A stretch of DNA of 64,000 bases from the human T2T-CHM13v2.0 reference genome, Homo sapiens. The translations under genes and the position numbers were made by a program. The notes under the pieces were generated by a model. That model was not told where the DNA came from and searched no databases. It was given only the letters and a program-made list of their open reading frames with translations. This document shows positions 15,561 to 27,960 of the stretch, piece by piece (position 1 is the first letter of the stretch; each line of letters opens with the position of its first letter). The stretch lies in assembly GCF_009914755.1 (NCBI RefSeq), contig NC_060931.1. One strand, written 5' to 3'.

Positions 15561-15934
15561 GCGCATCAATTAAAGTACTCGGGTTTTTGTTTGGTTTCAG
15601 ATCAATCAGATTTCATCCTTCGAAAGTTTTATTCTCAAGGAATGCAAAAGGATTTTGGAAGCTTAGAAATGTCCACGTAATCAGACTGTGGGTCACCTGC
15701 ATGTGGGAGAGATGAGCTTTGGGGCAAGTCTCAGAAGAAAGAAATGGGGCTTCCACAGAACCACTTCCTGGGGCCGGAAGGGACTGGAGAGAGTCATTTG
15801 ACCCAACCCTCCTGGTTCGTAAGTGGGGAGGCTGAAACCCAGAGAGTTACGTGGCAGCCCAAGGCCACACAACCCAGTGGCTATGTCATGCGCGGTGGGA
15901 GGGGGCCATGTATCATGTCCTTTAAAAATGTCCT

Positions 15935-16395
15935 TTGTACACCCGCATTCATAGCAGCATTATTCACAACAGCCAAGAGGCAGGAGCAACCTGCGTCTGT
16001 CAATAGATGAGCAAAATGCACACAATGGAATATTATTCAGCCTTAAAAAGGAAGGAAATGCTGACACAGGCTACAACATGGGTGAAACTTGAAGACATTA
16101 TGCTCATTGAAACAAGGACAAACACTGTCTGATTCCACTTATATGGGGTCCCTAAAGTTGTCAAATTCATAGAGGCAGACAGCAGAATGGTGGGTGCCAG
16201 GGTGAGGGAAGGGAATGGGGAGTCGGTATTTAATGGGGACAGTTTCACTTAGGGAAGACAAAAACGTTCTGGAGATGGATGATGGTAACAGTTGCACAAC
16301 AATGTAAATACACGTACTGCCACTGAACTGTACACTTAAAAACGGTTAAGACAGCAAATTTTTCTGTTATGTATGTTTTACCTTAATAAAATACC
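15935..16395 (+). mobile_element. L1 3' end (L1MB-like)
   Basis: L1 3'UTR motifs, ending AATAAAA. Confidence 0.8.
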
Positions 16396-16486
16396 TGGTA
16401 TGGTATGTAGCCGTTATCTCTGAGGAATCATTAAGAAATAATGACAGAAACTGGTACTTGCAATGCTGTCTTTAAAATCTGGTTTT

Positions 16487-16891
<405 letters not shown>

Positions 16892-19519
16892 TAAGGATTC
16901 CAGACAGTAAACCATAAACTAAAAGCAATGTGTGGCTGTGAGGGGTGGCAGGTAAGATTGTTGTGCCCCAGCATGTGCCCCTGAGGCTGGCCCCGGGTGC
17001 TTGCAACCCCTCTCAGGGCTCTCCCAGCCCCAGCCCCGGGTACCCAGAGGGGCTGTCCTGCCCCTGCGAGCACCACAGCCTGGCTCTGCGGTTCTGAGCT
17101 GTGTCATCCTTCACACAGGACCCCCACCGCCCCAGCTCTGGGCCTCAGGGACAACAGTGGGAAACCAGAGGCCTTCAGGCCTGGGTCTCTGCTCCCACCT
17201 GCAGACAGGACAAGGGGAAGGGGTGTGTGACTGACTCTGCCCTACCCCCACTCTGGGCAGGGAAGGGTGACTGCGTGGCTGGCTCCCTGCACCGTGGACT
17301 GACCCTCACGACGCTCCAAGAGGTGACCCTTCTCCTGCCCAGGGTCATACAACGGGGCCCAAATGAGGCACAGGCCCATCCTCACCACGGAGTCACGCCT
17401 GCTGGAGACTTTCCTCGCCACATCTCTGTCCCCACAGCCCAGAGGGGGAAACTGAGCCCCAGTGTGTGCTTCCTGCTGGTGATGCCCCCATGGGTGACCA
17501 AGGCTGGGAAGAGCCCCACATTTACCCCAGGGCAGTGAGGCCACAGAAACAGCACTGGAGTCACAGGGAGGCTGTGCTCTGGTCCATCCACACTCCAGAG
17601 CCTCCATCCTTGGTGCCAGAAAGTGGAGGTGAGTGGAATTTAAAATGACAACTCTATTCCAGCATCCTCAGCCCACACTGGGGGAAATAGTTCAGCCAGG
17701 TGTCAGTGGCGAGAGGGTGGTGGTGGGAGGGTGGGGCAGAGACCCAGAAGTGCCTGTGACACTCTCAGGGGCTGCAAAGCCCCAGAACGGCCTTCAGAGC
17801 TAGGGACAAGCCACCGAGTACCTGGGAGGGCAGGAGAAGGAGGGCCACCCAAAAGACAGGATCCTTTAAGTGAAAGGAGAAAGGAGAGGGAGGAAGAGGG
17901 AGGGAAGGAGGGGAGGATGATGAGGCTGGAGAAAGAAACAGCCCCAGGTCCTTCCCGGGAGGGGCTGCCCCATAAAGTGAGGGGGGTGCCCAGTGGCCAT
18001 CGTCACCACACCAGGAAGAGCCTAGAAAAGACCAGGAAGCAAAAGAGGGAGGAAAAGTGGAAACATGAAGTGAGAAAAAGAGAGGGAGAGAAACAGAGAG
18101 ACAGAGGAGACAGAGAAAGAGTAACACCTCCCGCAAGACAGGCTGTCCTGGGTTGGATGTCATGTGGACAATTGGTCAAGATAAGAATTTGTGAATGTCA
18201 ATCAGAGAATAAAAATGTAAGAATAAAATGAACCTGGCCTCAGGCATGCAGAGGAGTTGTGAAAAGCATCAAAATCACTGCTTTTCTCAGGGTTTTTGAC
18301 TGGGAGGGGTGTTCTCCGTCAGTCCCTGGGGCTGTTATGATGAAAGGATGGGGATGGGGTGGTGGTAGGCAGTGGGCCCAGGACAGCTGGGTCCCCAGCT
18401 CTGTCGAAGGAGGAGTACAGGCTCAGCCACATTAATTTCCAGGGAGACAGCAGGACCCTCGGGGCTGGTGCGCTTCCTCAGCAGCGGCCTTGTGACCACC
18501 ACTTTCTCACTAGCCACTGGGCCCATCACCCCTGATGGGCTCCTGGCATCCCAGCACCCAGCCCAGCCTCCACCCACCTCCCGCTGCCTAGCTGGGGTCC
18601 TGAGTGACAGGCCAGCACTCCCTCGCTCCGTCCCATTCCCCTGATCCTTGGGCTGCCTTTCAGGGCACACACATTGTGCCTCAGAAGTCCCACACTGCAA
18701 TGGAAGTCGTCCTGCTGCTATGAGGCCCTGACAAGGACTTTAGGGGCCCAGGCTTTCTCTGAGGAAGGAAAAAGGGCACAGGCGGAGGGCACCCCTGAGG
18801 CCCACCTCACACTGCAGTAATGGGAAGCTACAGCCCCAGCCTTGCTACAAAGGCCTGGCCTGGAGTTTCTGATGTGACAGTCCCAAGGGCCACTCAGGAA
18901 ACAAGCAAAATAGAGTCCCAGAACGTGAGGTGAGGCCCAGACGTGGGGTGAGGCTATGGGGGCAAAGTTTGGAAGCCAGGGCACCTACTGGGTTCCTAGT
19001 CACAGCGGAACCCTCAGTCACACAGCCCTGAAAGTAAGGTGGTACAGACGGCATCTTCCCCTGTGCTGGTCTCTGGAAAGGGTCACCCAATGTGTCATGT
19101 GTCCCTGAACTCCAGGTCAGAACCCGCCCCAGGCCCAGCTTATGTGAGGGCTCACAGGTTCCTGGATCTTCCTGGGCCAGTGGGAACCTGGCCCTCCCCA
19201 GTGCCTCTGGCCTGAGCTCACATCAGGCACAGGCCCAGAGGGCTGGCTAAGTTTAGAGATGCTGTCATCCGGCACCAGTCAGATGCTCCAGTGACAAGGC
19301 TTCTTCTCACAGTTTTTTGTTTGCGAAGACACTTCGCAGCAGAGGCTGGTTCAAAGAAGGTGGCCTGGCCAAAGCCGCATTTCTGCTGGGGTCCTGAAGA
19401 TTAGGGGAGGCCGCCCACCCTGAGCCAGGCATTGGCAGTCACTTTAATTTCTAAGCTCACTTCTCAGCAATGTGAACGTCGAGATCCAGATGTGAGAGCT
19501 TTTATTTTCTGAGTAGGTT

Positions 19520-22325
19520 TTATTTCTTTGACATCTTTATTGAGATTTAATTCATATACCAAACAATTCACCCATTTAGAGTATATAATTTAGATAAATA
19601 TATCTCAACAAATATATTGAGAGTTGTATATCCATTACCACAATCTAAGTTTATAACATTTTCATCACTTCAGAACCAAACTTCTACGCATTAGCAGTCA
19701 CTGCCCATCCTCTTTCCATCCATTCTCGCTCCAGTTTTTGTCCTACAGGTTTGCCTTTTCTGGACATTTCATAAAAAGGGGATTAAACAACACATGGCCT
19801 TTTGCGACTGGCTTCTTGCACTGAGCATGACGTTTTGAACGTTCGTCCACATTTCAGCATGTGTCGGTGCTTATTAGCATTTCATTCCTTTTTATGCCTG
19901 AATAATATTCCACTGTATGACTATAACACATTTTTCTCACGCATTCAATCAGCTGGTGGACATCTGGGCTGTTTCTACTTTTTGGCTATTATGGATAATG
20001 CTGCTATGAACCAGTTTTTGTGTGGACATATGTTTTCATAGCTCTTGGGCATATACCTAAGAATAGAACATTTTGAGGACCCACTAAAGTATTTTTCATA
20101 GTAGCTGTGCCATTTTACATCCTCACCAGCAATGAATGAGCATTCCAACTTCACACCCTCACCAACACTTGCTATTATCTGTCTTTTCGACAGTAGCCAT
20201 CCTAGTAAGAGTGAAATGGCATCGCATGATGGTTTTGAATTGCATTTCCATAATGATGCCAAAATCTTTTCATGTGCTGTGGGCTATTTGTTACCTATTT
20301 TAGAGAAATGTCTAAGTCCTTTGCCCATTTTTTAATTAGGTTGTTTCTTCTTACTGTTAGGTAGTAAAAGTTCTTAAAGTATTCTGAATACAAATTCCTT
20401 ACCAGACAGATGGTTTGCAAATATTTTCTCCCATTCTATGGACTATTCTATTCCACTTTCTCAATGGTGTCCTTTGAATACAAAAGTTTTCACTGTTAAT
20501 GAAGCCCAACAGCAAAACTATTTTTCTTTCGTTGTTTATGCTTGTGGTGTCATATCTAAAAAACCATTGCCTAATACAAAGTTGCAAAGATTTACTCTTA
20601 TGTTTTCTTCTAAGAATTCTGTGATTTTAGCTCCTACATTTAGATCTATTATTTATTTTGAAATAATTTTTGTATATGGTGTCAAGTACAGCTCCAACTT
20701 CATTCTTCTGCATGTGGATACTCAATTGTCCATTTGTTGAATGGACCGTTATTCTTCTCCACTGGAATTGTCTTGGCACCCTTGTAAAAAATCAACTGAA
20801 CATAGATGTATGGATTTATTCTACACTCTCAATCCTATTTCACTGATCTATGTATTTATGCTTATGTCAACACCACACTGTCTTGATTGCTGTAACTGTG
20901 TAGTTAGTTTTGAAATCAGAACCCGTGAGTCCTCTGACTTTGTTCTCCTTTTTCAAGATTGTTTTAGCTATTTTGGGTCTCTTGCATTCCTATGTGAATT
21001 TTAGGGCCAGGTTGTCAATTTTTGCAAAAAACGCAGCTGGAATTTTCATAGCAAAAATGTAGGTCAATTTGGAGTATACTACTATTTAACAATATTAAAT
21101 ATTCCAATCCATGAACATGGGATGTCTTTCCATTAATTTAGGTCTTCTTTAATTTCTCTCAACAGTGGTTTGTGGTTTTCAATGTACAAGTCTTGTACTT
21201 CTTTTATTAAATTTAGTATTAAGTGTTTTATTTTTTAGATGCTATTGTAAATTGTTTTTCCTAATTTTGTTATTTTGAACTTCTAGTCCATTGAAATACA
21301 ATGGATTTTTGTATATTGGTCTTACATCTTGCAACTTTGCTAAATTCATTTTTTAGTTCTAATAGTTTTTTAAATGGATTCCTTAGGATTTTCTATATAC
21401 GAAAGCATGTAATCTGAAAAGAGAGGTAGCTATAACTATTTATTTCCAATCTGGGAGCCTTCTATCTCTTTTTCTTGCCTAATTGCCCTGGCTAGAATCT
21501 CCTATACCGTGCTGCCTAGAAATGGAAAGAGCAGATACATTCAGTTTTCCACCATTAAATATGAGGTTAGCTGCAGATTTTTCACAAATGTATTTTATCA
21601 AGTTAAGGAAGTTCCTTTCTACTTGTCATTTGTTGAGTTTTTATCATGAAATGGTATTGGTTTTTTTTTAAATGCTTTTTCTGCATCTATTGAAATGGTT
21701 CATATAGTTTCAATGTTTGTTCTATCAACGTGGTGTATTATATAGATTGATTTTTGTATGCTGAATGAACCTTTCATTCTTGGGATACATCCTACTTGTT
21801 CATAATGTATAAATAATCCTTTTTATATGTTGCTAGATTTATTTTGCTAGTGTTTTGTTGAGGATGCTTCATCTGCATTCATAAGTGATAACAGTCTGTA
21901 GTTTTGTGATATCTTTGGTTTTGGTATTAGGGTATTGCTGGCTTCACAGAATGAATTGGAAAGAATTTCCTCCTCTTCTACTTTTTGGGGGAGCTTGTAA
22001 AAGACTGGTATTAATTCTTCTTTAAATGTTTGGTAGGATTTACCAGTGAAATTATCTGAGCCTAAGCTTTCCTTTGTGGGAAAATTTTAAATTACTAAGT
22101 CAGTCTCTACTTGTTATAGGTCTATTCAGATTTTCTATTTCTTCTTGAGCCAGATTCAGTAGTTTGTGTCTTTCTAAGTATTTGTCCATTTCATCCAGGT
22201 TATCTAACTTGAGGGCACATAATTATTCATAGTTATTTCCTTATAATTTTTTTTCTGTAAGGTTGGCAGTAAGGTCCCCTGTGTCATTCCTGATTTTAGC
22301 AATTGGAGTCTTCTTTTTTCTTGGC
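19520..22325 (-). mobile_element. L1 (L1MB-like) 3' portion, sense to CAMK2B
   Basis: Reverse-complement ORF2 remnant and 3'UTR; AATAAA on the minus strand at 19536-19541. Confidence 0.85.
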
Positions 22326-22339
22326 TTTACCATCCTTTT

Positions 22340-22582
22340 TATAATAATAACCTTCCTCCTAACTAGCACTCCTGAGTCTTCTTAATTATTCTCAGAGGTA
22401 TTAATCACCTTCTACCCTATCATATAATTTTTTTAGTATTTATGTTTATTGCCTGCCTCTATCCAGCAGTATATAAGCTCCCTAAGGGCAGGCATCCTTG
22501 ACTGCTTTGTTCACTACTGTTTCCCAAGCACCTATGGCACATGGTAAGTACAGGCAACCAGACTTGCTGAATAAATGAATAA
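22340..22582 (+). mobile_element. L2 3' end
   Basis: TAAGCTCCCTAAGGGCAGG...TTGTTCACTACTGTTTCCCAAGCACCT...TGCTGAATAAATGAAT. Confidence 0.75.
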
Positions 22583-22704
22583 GTCTTCAGGAGAGCAAAA
22601 GAAATCTGGAACAGACTAAGACAGCTATGACTGTAACTATTATCCTTAAAAGAAACCAGGAAAAATGAAAAAAAAAAAAAAAAGCATGGTGATTTTGAAG
22701 CTCT

Positions 22705-23152
22705 GGCCCTGTGTTGTCCAATACTGTGGTCACTGTCACCATGTAGTCATAAGAACCTGGTCCAAACTGAGATGTGCCGTAAGGGTAAAATACACACCAG
22801 ATTTCAAGACGTAGTACAAAAAGGAATGCAAAATAGCTTAATAATTTCTGTTTTGATTACATGTTGAAATGATTTTTTAATTTTTGTACAGATGGGGTTT
22901 TGCCATGTTGCCCACGGTCTCTAACTCCTGGGCTCAAGTGATCCACCCACCTTGGCCTCCCAAAGTGCTGGGATTACAGGCACGAGCCACCGCACCAGGC
23001 CTCTGAATGATATTTTGGATATAAAGTTAAATAAATATATTTTTAAAGTTCCTTTCACCTGTTTCTTTTTTTTCTTTACGTACTAGAAAATTTTTAATCA
23101 CACATATGGCTCAACTTTGTATCACATTTTATCTCTTCTGGACAATGCAGCT
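22705..23152. mobile_element. hAT-Charlie DNA transposon fossil (MER33-like) split by an Alu left monomer (22873-23002, minus)
   Basis: Termini CTGTGTTGTCCAAT...TCTGGACAATGCAG and internal GAGATGTGCCGTAAGGGTAAAATACACACCAGATTTCAAGAC. Confidence 0.7.
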
Positions 23153-23329
23153 CTCGACAACTTGGATGGGGTGGGCGGTGGGGTAGTAATGTCATTGTGA
23201 ATGTAGAGAAAATGAAGGTAAACTTCAAATTCATGCCTAGGTGGGCTCTGAAAGAACCAAGGGTTATATGAAGGAGTGTGGGCTTAGGCGAGTGTCTGGC
23301 CTCAGGTGCAGACTCCTCTGCAGAGTCTA

Positions 23330-23470
23330 GGTATGCAGTGCCCATTGGAATCACCTGGGAGCTTTTAAAAACTGCTGATACCCCATTTCCCTAGTGTCTG
23401 GCTAAATGCGATGGGGCCTGAACACTCCTCAGGGGCTTCCCATGTGTGGTTGGGGTTGAGAACCACCACA
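23330..23470. mobile_element. MER5A-like DNA transposon fragment
   Basis: ATTGGAATCACCTGGGAGCTTTTAAAA...GGGTTGAGAACCAC. Confidence 0.6.
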
Positions 23471-25799
23471 TGGTCATCTTCTTTGGGAGGGCCTGCTCCT
23501 AACCAGACTCCTACCCTTTGCCCAGAAAGCCCCTAACTAATGGCCTGGATCAAACTCACAGACGCTGAGAATCAGGCAGCACCTCAACAAACAAGAAGTC
23601 ATGTGAACAACCTCATTAAGAAATTAGCTGAAAGCTGCAAGCCTCTTGGAGTCAAGCTCCATGACAGACATATAAGTGCTGACAGCCCTGCTACTGCATT
23701 TCACCGGGTGACAAGACTGTCTACCCAGACTGGACATCAGAATACCCGCAAGACCTACCTGCAGAGCCACCCAATACCTCTTATAAGGCCCTCATCTTTT
23801 ACAGGGTGGGTGTGCCACTGCTCTGGGAAGCAGTCCCAGGTGCAAGGCCTGAGTGACCCAGACCATTGCTGAGTCACTGTGGAGCACCTACTGTGTGCCA
23901 GGCACTGTTCTCAGCACTTGAATTCAGGGTGTGTTGGGTGACAGAATCAAGGCTCCTCAGCTCCTTGCTGGAAACGGCACTCACTGGGATGTGCTTGACA
24001 CCCAGAGGGCATTACAGCAAAAGGCATAACACCTGCAGTACTTCATTGTAAGGGCGACAGCAGCTCCTGCCCTCCAGGCTTCTCTTGCTGCTCACAAAGT
24101 GAGGAAACAAGGACTGTGGGTCCCAAATTCCACCCTGTACAAGTGTGCCATTATGCTTCCTCCCATAAAATCTTCTTAAATCTTTGCCTGGTTGTTGCCA
24201 ATCTGTTCTAGAATTCAACAAAAGCTTCTGTCTGGCTTAACAAAGAATCATAACTTAAGTTATTTTTGGATAATTATGTCAATACAAAAAGAACTATGTC
24301 CACCAGGAACTGAGCCCTCAACAAGTGACCCTCTAACCCAGGAGACAAAAGCCACCCAAAAGTTTGGCAGCTAGCAACACCACCTTTCTCTAACATAAAA
24401 GGATGTTTTCATTTTAAATAAATTCAAGTTTTTCTATGAATAAAATATACATATCTGTGTAATATGCCAATATGATAATTTTTTAAAAACCAAGTTGATA
24501 CATAATGCATTTTTATGTTTCTACACTAACAAAGTGACTTGCAGCTGTAAAAGATGCTTTAAAAATAATCAAATCAGATTCAATTTTTGTGGGGGAAGAG
24601 AGAGAGAATTAAATTTTTTGAAAATATATTTAAAATCTCCAGAAAGGCCACATCTCTTGCCTGGATGAGGGAGGTGGCATCACGGAACACAGGGAAATGG
24701 GAGTGGTCTTCCCAGGGACAGACATTGCACACTTATCTCCACCTGGTCTCTTCTAGTAAATTACTGTTAAATTCTAGGGTGGCTCAATATAGACTCTTTA
24801 AAGGCCAATGGAGCAAAAATGAGGGAAACATCCCTGTTAGAATTTTTAAGTAGAAGATACAAAACCTAAACATTGCATATCTCTCCCCTCTGCTCTTCGG
24901 GATTCCTAGAAAAGGGGGATGGAAAGATGGGAATAGGTCCTTCAGTTCTTTCAAGTGAGACCTGAGACATCCTTAGTCCTGTGGCCTTTGACCGCGGCAG
25001 GAGTCCACTTGCACCCACCTCCACAGGCCCAGCCCCTGCAGCTGGTCGTGCTGAGAACACAGCTTTCCTTCACAACAGTTGGGCCCTCCTAATGACCTTT
25101 CAGGCCCTGATTTCAAATATAGCATCCTATTATATATCCCATCACACTTGCTAGAGGATGGGTCCCAATTTTTGGTTTAAAAAATGTGGCCAACGCGTAT
25201 GCACACATTTCTCTGCTAAGAATTGGAAGGCACTTAGCTGAAGAAAAGACTTACTGACACGGGGGGTCGTCATGAAAGTGTTGGGCAAACAGATTGCAGA
25301 ATCACATATATGGTGATTCCATCTGTGTTTTGAAATCATCTATATCTGCTATATATGTAGATGTGTATATATGTACACACACACATATCCTCATACTGAC
25401 ATTAAAATTAAGAGGCCAGGTACCTCTGGAGAGTGAGGGAACTTGAGTGTAAAGGAGTCACATTTTACGGCACGTACTTCTGTATTACTTGGTGTGTGTG
25501 TGTATGTGTCTGTGTGTGTTTTACAAGATCATATTGCCCTGGTAATTTAATTAATAAAATAAAAATTTCTAGTCTTGCTGGTGTCATATGGAGTCAGAGT
25601 GTTGGTTGTCTTTGATGACGAAACGAAGTAACATCTTCACAAAGGGGAACCTAGAGGTAGGGGGCCCTTGGTTTGGAAAAGCACAAATACATCATGGTGA
25701 GCAGCCGGCCAAGGACAGGTGCCCAAAAGCCTCAGGTCAGAGTAGACCACAAGCTGGCCATGAGTCAGCCAGTGGAGTCACAGCATTTTTAAAGCACAG

Positions 25800-25990
25800 A
25801 ATAGAGTAGGGTAATGAGCTTCTGAGAGGAGCAGAATGTGGATTCAAATCCTGACCCTGTGTGACCTTTCCTGGGGAATGGGGCTTCTCTGTGCCTCAGC
25901 TACCTCTCCTGTAAACTTGGGATGATTACAGTACCTACTTCACAGATCTAGCGCGTTAATATAATAAGCACCATTTAAGCGCTAGCAACT
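25800..25990 (+). mobile_element. MIR
   Basis: GGATTCAAATCCTGACCCTGTGTGACCTT...CTCTGTGCCTCAG...ACAGTACCTACTTCACAG. Confidence 0.75.
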
Positions 25991-27589
25991 GTTACCAGAA
26001 AAGAAAAGTCCTGGTAGCAAGCATGCAGATATATTCTTAGCTCTCAGCAAAGTAGGTTATGGTATAAAAATACCATTAAATAGTAACTAAACTAGCATCA
26101 CCTTAATGCACATCTTGCCAGCAATCTCAGCATGTGCGACTTCTTTTTAAACTACCCTACATTAAGGAATCAAGACCAGGAGGACTCTTGCTGGCCTCCT
26201 GGGAGCCAGGCCGGAAGGCAGAGGCCCACCCAACTCACCCCTTCCCCACCTCGGGCCAGGCACTGGGGACACAACCATGGCAGGGAGCCGGACCTCCGCC
26301 TCTCTGTGGGTAAGCTGTCCAGCACATCAGATGGGGCAAAGTGCCAGGGAGAAGACAAGCTAGGGGGAGGGGCAGGGAGCAGTGGGGAGGCAAAAGGAGA
26401 GCCAGGGCAGGGGGCATCTGGGAGAGCCTGCTGAGCAGCCCAAGGGAGTGAGCTGTGAGGGGTCAGGGGAAGAGAGGCAGCTTGGCCAAGGCCCCCGAGG
26501 CAGGGAGTGCCTGGTGTGCTCTGGGGAGAGAGAAAGCAAATACGATGATCCCTCCTCCTCCATTCCTCTCTTCCCTGGCAACCGGCTCAGAGCTTGGAGA
26601 CTCAAAAATTGATTCGCTCTGAATTTCCTAAGTTTATCTATTAACTACCTAACAGGCCATTCGCTTGTTCACAGTGTGCCTCTCGGCAGAAGGCATCCGC
26701 CAGCTGACAGTGATGCCCCCGCGAGCGGTCAGGCCACACACACCCCAGGATATAGTCGCTTGCTGGCGACTGGGGTACCACTGGATGGAGTCAAGGACAT
26801 ATCAAGGTCAGTTTTGGGCCTATCTCAGGTTTAGTGGGAGAGATGGGAGGGGTGGGAGATGCCCTAGACTGGAGCTCAGGGGCCATTCTTGCTGCCTGGG
26901 CTTGGGCAAGTTGCCAATCTTTCCTGAACTTCGGTTCTTTGTCTGTAAAATGGGGCTGGGGAGAAGGGCCTTTCTGGACAATTGGAATCAAATAAAACCA
27001 AACATTTAAAGTAATGTACACATTAGGTGTTGTTACAACATGGCCCAGCCCTAGCTGCCATCTCCGCCAAAAAAGGAGGGGCCCATGAACCCCTGAAATG
27101 AAATCCAAAACCTCGTGGGAGATGCTTTCTTCTAGGGAGATCTCCATGTTTGAAAAGAGACAACTCCCCAAAAATGGAAGATTCACGAGGCTGAATACAA
27201 AATGTGAGACCTCTTCCTACCCAACAAACGGTCGACACTGACAACCCATCAACACTGACAACCTGCCAACCTGAGGAATGGCAGCACCCAGGGAAAGGGG
27301 CGGCCCCAACGCTGCTGTGTGAGTGGACACTGCAGGGAGAGTGGCGGCACCTGCAAAGACAGAAGACTCGAGGACCCTCCTCGGCAGCCCCACTGCCAGG
27401 GACACACCCTAAAGAAACTCTCACACCTGCGCCCCAGACGCACTCAGGGCCCGGGCCGTGACGGTGCTGGCCACAGTGTGCTGAGTGACAATGGAACACA
27501 GGAGACAACCTAGATTTCCATTGGGATGGGGGCACGCAGGACAGTGTTCACACTACAGGTCGCCACGCAGCAGCCTGCGATCAAACACA

Positions 27590-27960
27590 TCGACGAGCAC
27601 AGGTGTCAACAAGACTGTTGAGTGAAAAGTACAAGTTCCAGGTTTTTTATGTAAAGTTAAGAAAAACACCCACACAAAACAATCCTATATATTAGTTATG
27701 GATACTTATATCCATGTGTAAATGTACCCAAAAGAGCCTGGGAGGAAAAATACAAAAGCAGTAGTTGGAAGGAAATGGGTTACTTAATATTTCTTTGTAA
27801 TACTTCTTATAATTTTTTTAAAAAAGGACTTAAAGCCAAAATGACAAAAGAGTAACCATTTTCAATTCTGTGTAGAAGAGATACTGTGTTCATTTTATTA
27901 TTTCTGGGATTTTTCTGGATTTTTAAAGTTTATCCAATATAAAAAAAATAAAAACTGCAC
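27590..27960 (+). mobile_element. Old L1 (L1ME-like) 3' fragment
   Basis: AT-rich island with L1 3'UTR-like motifs in otherwise GC-rich DNA. Confidence 0.5.

Noticed and set aside
17284-17302. REST/RE1-like site CCTGCACCGTGGACTG (also a half-site GGACAGCTCC near 53970)
   Set aside because: Mismatches at invariant positions; only half-sites.
19322-19338. Palindrome TGCGAAG-ACA-CTTCGCA
   Set aside because: A 7-bp stem is expected by chance in 64 kb; no supporting context.
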